A stretch of DNA of 64,000 nucleotides from Lama guanicoe (taxonomy: Eukaryota), in NCBI GenBank assembly GCA_013239625.1, contig MU053136.1:514017-578016 (forward strand), in the 5' to 3' direction. Positions 1 to 64,000 of the stretch are shown piece by piece; within the stretch, counting starts at the first letter, position 1, and every line of letters starts with the position of its first letter. A model generated the notes under the pieces. It did not search any database. It had not been told where the DNA came from and saw only the letters and a list, made by a program, of their open reading frames with translations. Made by a program: the position numbers and the translations under genes.

Positions 1-114
1 CCCAGATAGCCAAAGAGGAAGGGGAGGAGGAGGAGAGGATGGCAGAGGAGGAGTCAGGTTTGTGAGTCAGAGGAAGAGGAGGAGGACAATTAACTGCAAA
101 GCCTGTTCACTTGC

Positions 115-200
115 AAAGTCTCATTTAATCTTCAGAGCACGCTATTTTATTATTGCTTTACAAATGAGGAAACTGAGGCCCAGATGGGCTAACTTGCTAA
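115..200 (-). mobile_element. MIR fragment
   Basis: TTTACAAATGAGGAAACTGAGGCCCAGA core. Confidence 0.65.
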
Positions 201-420
201 TTCCAGTCTTTCCAGTTGGCTCTCATATCAGACCTTAGAAGCTCCACCCCCTCCACCCTAAGCTGTAACCTCCTTCTCTCCCATTCCAGCCTCAGGTGTT
301 TTCGGGTCTTTCCAGAAATAATAGGCTTGGTGCTGGGAGTTTGCTAGGTTCTTCTCCTTCCTCCAATCTCTGACCGAGAACTGCTTCCCACCTCCCTCCT
401 CCTTTCAGTTGATACTGTTA

Positions 421-450
421 TCCATCCATCCATCCATCCATCCATCTATC
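421..450. repeat. (TCCA)n microsatellite
   Basis: Read directly. Confidence 0.9.
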
Positions 451-1339
451 CGGTATGTATTTTCCCCTTACCGACTTTTCCCTCCCAGGCCCGTCTGTAT
501 CAGACTCACCTCCGACTCAGTTTCCCGCTGGAGCCAGTAGGCAATCCTCAGGAGAACACTGCCCTCTCCCAGGCGTACCTACACCCAGGACTCAAGGCGA
601 AGGAAGGCTGAAGACGAGGTGTCGTTCTGTGCCTCAGCTTGTCGGTACATCCTCTCTCGCCCCAGTCAGGGGTCCCGAGGGGAGGGGGGGGCGGCTGAGC
701 TTGAGAACTGCTAATGAAGCCGCAGCCAATTAACACTCGGGCCAGGGTTGGGGGCGGATAAAATTATCAGCCGCGTCTGCAGGAGGGAACTGGAGGCGGG
801 GGTGGGGAACCTCGTCTCAGGGCTCCTTCCCTCCCTCCCCCCTCCGTCTGCAAACTCAGCGCCCACGAAATTAGGAAGGAAAAGGAAGATCGATGACTCC
901 AGATGCCGCAAACACCGTTTCCCCTCCCCCCCACCTGCCTCCTCCCTCCAGCTCCGCGGAGCTTAGCAGGTTGTCAGCGCTCTGCCTACGCTGTCCCTGC
1001 ACCTCCATCCCATTCAAAGCCTTATACCTCCTCCCCCAAGTAGTCCCAAATAGTCCGCTGGTGGTCCCCTTTCAGGTCTAATCCCCATTCTATTTGCAGC
1101 AGCTTCACATCGCCCACACCTGGGAGGAAAATCCTCACCCCAGGCAGGGCTCTTATCCCAAGGGTCTCCTCCACGTGTATCTGATGTGGTCTTGGATGAC
1201 CTCCAAGGTGCTAGCTCTGTCAATATTTGCCTCGGTTTCCCCAGGAGCCGCGGTGGGAGGAGGCCCTGGCCAGACATAAATCCACACCACCACCCCACTT
1301 CCCTACAAAGGTCTCACACAGACGCCTATTGGATTTCAC

Positions 1340-1345
1340 TTTATT
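1340..1345 (-). terminator. Probable NXPH4 polyadenylation signal AATAAA
   Basis: tttatt on + strand about 670 nt after the stop codon. Confidence 0.65.
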
Positions 1346-1989
1346 TTGTTCCCTTTCCCGTCTGTTTTGGCGTTAAGTAAATAAATAAAATCACTGAGAG
1401 GAAGCAGCCGGAAAGGTGGAGCAAGACGGCAGGGACAGGAGGGAGGCGGGCAGAGGGCAGGGGCCCGAGTCAATCGCCTTCGCCCAGGAGTTCTGCTTCT
1501 GCTACCCTAATTATTGGAGTTTCGGGGAACGGAAGGGACTGGCATACGGCAGGCAGAAGGATAACGGGATAGGCTGCGGTTTACAAGACCTTATGGTCTT
1601 TACATGGGCACAGGGTGAGGGACAAGCGCCTGGGGGTAAGGAAGTCACGGCGGAATGAGGGTGTCAGGCCGGGCGTTATTAAAGCTGTGGGCAAAGGGAG
1701 AATCCAGCCCAGCGCCAGCGGCGTAAAGTGGACTCAGTGTGGACGCAGGGGACGCTGGGACCGCCTCCAAGCCCCACCTATTCTGTAGCTTCGCTCTTTC
1801 CCCTTCACTTTGGGTTGTTCTGTAGTCAAGGGAGCTACCTTCAGCCTTGTGGGCACCCCCATAGGGAAAAGGGGGCGCTCGCCAGCCGATGGTCCCTGGG
1901 AGGGCTGTTTCTCTCCACGCCCAGGCTGGAAGTTGTGGATGTGGGCACAGGGAGGGGTCCCACTTAGGGAGCTGGGGATTTGGCGGGAA

Positions 1990-10737
<8,748 letters not shown>

Positions 10738-11720
10738 CTTCCCGGGTGGCCGGGCGGGGCGAGTCCCGGGCAGGCGGGAGGCGGGGCTGGGGGCGAGGGG
10801 CCCGGGCCGGGGCGCCACGGGGCGGCTGCCGGAGCGAGTTGGGTCGGACTCGGGCGGGCGGGGGGGGGCGGGGCTCCGCGGCGCTCCAATCCCGGCCGCG
10901 CCCCGCGCGCCCCCTCCCGCCCAGCTGGGGGCACCGAAGGTGACTTTCACCCCGGCACGCCCCAGACACGCCCCCGGCCCAGGTGCGAAGCGGAGAGGGC
11001 TGCGGGGCTCAGGGACTGTGTACCCGAGAGGCTGGGTCTGTGCGCCGCTGAGGAATAGGGCCGGGCGTGGGGCTCGAGGCTCCGGGACCGTGGCCCCCGA
11101 AGCGGGGCGCGACGGAGCAGGAGCCCCGCGAGGCTCAGCAGCCCAGCAAGACCAGGGACCCTCGGAACTCCGGGTCCCTTCGATGCTCTGGGCCCAGGTG
11201 GGTCCGAGGCAGGAGCGGGGCAGGGGCCGAGGTGAGGGCGGGCGGGGCCTCGGGCGGCTGCCGCCGCGCGGCGCTGACGGGGATGGATGGGCGCCCCGCG
11301 GCTCATTCGGCCCGGAGATGAGAATCATTGATCACGGACGGAAACCCCATCACGTCTGTCAATAGGGCTGACAAACGGCGCCCGCCGCCCCTACACCCTC
11401 CCTCAAGGCACCTCCGCGGTCTCAGGACCCCTCTGCTAGACCGGCGGTTCACCTTTGCCCCTTGCCCCGCACCGCTGACCCCAGCATGTCCCAGAGCGTC
11501 CCTGCGGGGGGCGGAGGGGTTTGGCAGGAAGTACCCCTCAGCCCGGCCTCATGGTGCAATCTCCATCCCTTTCTTCCCAGTGCCCCATCTTTCACCATCA
11601 GCTCTTCTCCGATCCTTGTCCTCTTCCTCCTCTGTCTCTGTCCTTGTCTCTGTCCCCAGCCTGGCCCTGTCTCTGTCCCTATCCTCTTGGCTGTTTCTTC
11701 ATCGGCTCCCTCCTCCCCCT

Positions 11721-11722
<2 letters not shown>

Positions 11723-11764
<42 letters not shown>
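11723..11764. repeat. (TC)21 microsatellite
   Basis: Read directly. Confidence 0.9.
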
Positions 11765-11772
<8 letters not shown>

Positions 11773-12025
11773 GCCTGAGGAGTCTTCAGCTGTCAGCTGT
11801 TGCTATGCACTGAGGCTGTGGTATGACCGACACTTAGACATGGAGAGATAGGGACAAGCAAAGAGATGGAGAGACAGACACATACCCTGAGACACCAACA
11901 CATGCCCCCAGGCATGCACGGAGATGTGTTCACAGGGGCAGGCCACACTGTAGAGGTGAGCACAGAGGCAGAGCCAAACACATTCACACAGAGACCAGCA
12001 CACACACAGGGAGACAGATGCACAT

Positions 12026-12215
12026 CTAGAGGCACTGTCACACACAGACACGTTCGATTTACACACACACAGGAGCACACACAGAGACAAATGCACACTT
12101 GCACCAAGAGAGAAGCACACCTAGAGGCACTGTCACACACAGACACGTTCGATTTACACACACACAGGAGCACACACAGAGACAAATGCACACTTGCACC
12201 AAGAGACAAGCACAC
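12026..12215. repeat. 95-bp direct tandem duplication
   Basis: 12026-12120 vs 12121-12215, one mismatch. Confidence 0.92.
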
Positions 12216-13265
12216 CTAGCCAGGTTCTCAGAGCCCACCGTACCTTCCTTGCTTTGGCAGAGAGGCAAACATCCACAGACAGAGAAGGACACACACACAA
12301 GTGTACGCTGGCACTGGCAGTCCAAAAGACAAACCTAGGCACATACAAACAGACAGATATAGGGATGTGACAGACCCAAAACAAGGATTGTGAATGCTGA
12401 AAAGATGAGGCAGACACAGATTCACCCAGAGAGACAGACAGAAGCCAGGAGGCAGGAACCTGGGTGCAGGTGTGGCAAGAGAGGGAGGCAGGAAGGAGCA
12501 GGAATGGCCAGGCCCAAGGCCACAAGGCTCCAACCAGAATCCTGAACCTAAGTGCCAATCACAGGGGCTGTTGAGGTGGTAGTGAGTGGGGGCAGTGGGC
12601 ACACATAGGCCTAGGCTCTCAGGACAGAAGCCCACCACTAGAGTCCTGATCTTCTGGAGTCCTGACCCACCCCATCTCTACTCCTTTTGCTAGTCTCAGG
12701 TCACTACCTTCTCTCTCCAGATACACACACACACACACACACCCACTCCCTGTCTTCATTTCTGTCTCTGTTCCTCATTCTGTCTGTATCAGCCTCTGCC
12801 TCTGGTTTGGCCCCTATCTCTTCTCCACCTCTGTCTTACATCTCTGCTATCCTTGCTAGGTGGGGAGTTTTTGAGGACTGCCTCCTGGTAGACCCTCTCC
12901 TGGATGTTCTGGCGAGCATGGAGAGGATGCTGACTGGAGGGGTATGTGTTCCTAGCTGCAGCTGGGAGCCCCTCTCGTTCTGCCCAGGATCTTGAGGCGA
13001 CAGGCAGAGAATCAGTGGCTCCCCGGGGGCACCAGATGCATGGCTGGCAGAGGGAGGGAGTGAGGGGGTGGGGCTGCTGGTGGTGGGGAGCTGGCAGGCG
13101 CTGGGGGAGGGAGGGAGCTGGCTGGCGGAGGGTAGAGGGGGTGTGGCAGAATAGCCCAAGGGAAAGAAGTAAGAGGCTGGGCTAGGGTCCACTGGCAGGT
13201 GCATAATTAGTGTGTGTGGGGAGGGGCTGTGCCTGGCTTCAGGATGAGCTGCGCTGCAGAAGTTT

Positions 13266-13284
13266 GCATGCCACCTGGTGGATA
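13266..13284 (-). promoter_or_regulatory. Candidate CTCF site
   Basis: Minus strand CCACCAGGTGGCA matches the CTCF core; lies between the two genes. Confidence 0.55.
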
Positions 13285-14198
13285 GCTGAGGACACAAGCC
13301 TCCCTCCAAGAAATCGACAAGGACACCCCTTTTTCCCAGCGGGGTCCCTCTGCCCTCAGCCCTAGGGAGCCCAGGAGGCAATGGAGGATCACAGAACTGG
13401 CTTGGAAGCTGAGGCTGGAGATGGGATCTCAGGGCTAAGAGGGAAGGGGAGGGCTCTTGTTTCTAGAGGTGTGTAGACCCATAGTTTCTTCAAGAAAGGA
13501 GGAAGACTGAGGAAGTTGGTCAGGGAGGGAGAGGGAATGAAAGGCAGTGTTCCCCCTTTGAGAGTTGGCTAAGGGTTCTTCAGATATTTAAAACCTCCCG
13601 GGGGGGGGCCCTCTTTTCCTGAATCCAAGGTTCTTACTCTTGGCATCTGATTAATTAGTCTCCATGAAATGTGAAATGTTAGTGCATCAAGAGCAAACTT
13701 AGTTACAGATTTAAAAAAAAGAAAAAGCAAATTTAGGCAGAGACAGCTGTATGGGACCACCCTGAAGGATTAGAAAGCCTTTCACAATCCCAGTGTGTTT
13801 ATTTCTTATTGTGGGATTTCTCACTGTTGGAGATCATTTTGGGTACAGTTGGTGGTGTCCCATAAAAGTGACAATGCAGAGAAACAGAGCTTGGAGTTAG
13901 TGTCCTAGAGCCAGAGGGAACACATGATCCAGAGAGGTGAAGTCACTGGCTCAAGGTCACACAGCCAAGAGAAGAAGGTCTTCCTGGTCAAGTCCAGTGC
14001 CCCCCGCTTCCCTGTTACAGCAGAATGAAGGGGGAGGGAGCTCCAGAAGAGCGCTGAAGACCAGATGCTCAAGCACAGAGCATGGCTCCCTCTGGTGGTG
14101 GCAGCAGGCAGGCACAGTCCAGCTTCCAGAGTCTTACCCAGAGTCATAGGTAGACACAAGTGGTTTTTTTCTTTTTCTTTTTTTCTTTTTTTTACAAT

Positions 14199-14204
14199 TT
14201 TATT
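14199..14204 (-). terminator. LRP1 polyadenylation signal AATAAA
   Basis: tttatt on + strand about 810 nt after the LRP1 stop, followed by an A-rich tract on the minus strand. Confidence 0.75.
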
Positions 14205-14883
14205 TATAACAATATCTGTGTTATTTAGTTGTAAAGGAATTCAGCAAAAATTATTAAAACATTCGTGTCCCCAAAACGGGGCTGCCCACTTGCCCTTCCT
14301 TGGTGTGCCCCACTTCCTCCTTGTCCCCAGGGGGAGGGGAGCCTGGGGGACTGTTTACCAAAGAAAGTCTCCAGCCCTGGGGCCATGGTGGGGGCACTAG
14401 AGAGGGAGAGGGCCTGTCTGGGGGGATATTGGGCGTGGCTATCCCAGAGGTGCCCCTGGAGCTGAGGCTGGGGCATGGGATGGCCTCCTCCAAGAAGAAC
14501 TGAAAATCTCCATCCTTTCCTTCCTACCTTAGCCAGAGCCAAATCTTCCAGACAGGGGCAGCAAAGGACACAGCTTCCCCCAAACCCCAGAATTGGCCCT
14601 CAGGGAGCTGGGGGTGGGGGGATGAGAGGGGAGAGCCTTGACAAAGTGTCTTGTACAGGGAGGGGGAGGCAGCACCACCAGCTCTCCCAGTGGGGGTGCG
14701 TTTTTGGTGGGAAGGTGGGAGGTGGGGTCCCCTCATACCTATAAGTCGCAGGAGCCCCCTCTCTGCTCCCCCCCCCAGAAGGCAGCATTGGGGGTGTGTG
14801 CTGAGGAGCAGGCAGGAAGGAGAACGGAAAGAGATAATACTGTGCTCGCTTGCTCACTTGCTCGCTCACATATAAAAAGTAAT

Positions 14884-14891
14884 TCCTTCAT
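14884..14891 (-). promoter_or_regulatory. miR-205 8mer seed site (ATGAAGGA) in the LRP1 3' UTR
   Basis: tccttcat on +, in AU-rich context; LRP1 is a known miR-205 target. Confidence 0.6.
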
Positions 14892-15014
14892 TTTTACATT
14901 TATACATCCCGGCAGGGCCGGGGAGGGGTTGGCTAGGCAGGAGGGGGGCTTGTTGAGGGACTTCTCTGGCAAGGGGCAGGAGGCTCTCTGGGGGAAGTCC
15001 AATGGCGCAGGGCC

Positions 15015-63937
<48,923 letters not shown>

Positions 63938-64000
63938 TCACACGGACAGACGGACAGATGAATTAACATGTAAGGCCCAGAGAACAGCGCCCTGGGGACT

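Overview
Mammalian genomic DNA, probably camelid judging by a young tRNA-derived SINE at 60571-60703. It holds two genes, both on the minus strand. (1) The 3' part of LRP1: 79 coding exons traced by hand from 63756 to the stop at 15015. All are GT-AG and in phase. They sum to 12074 nt, matching what I recall for human LRP1 exons 11-89 (exon numbers counted back from 89). The 3' UTR carries a miR-205 seed site and an AATAAA at 14199-14204. (2) The complete NXPH4 (neurexophilin-4) CDS in two exons (10681-10737 and 2018-2881, 306 aa), with a CpG-island promoter. Introns contain old MIR, L2, L1, CR1, MLT1 and hAT fragments, microsatellites, two recent tandem duplications and a 38-N gap. The most interesting signal is in LRP1 intron 19, which splits ligand-binding repeat CR6. 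It contains a frame-preserving 51-nt cassette exon encoding a second CR6 C-terminal half ([17 protein letters not shown]) and a candidate 12-nt microexon (AGGL), which together could switch CR6 by splicing. I see no evidence for a new gene or a prokaryote-type system. Most ORFs in the supplied track are GC-content or antisense artefacts.
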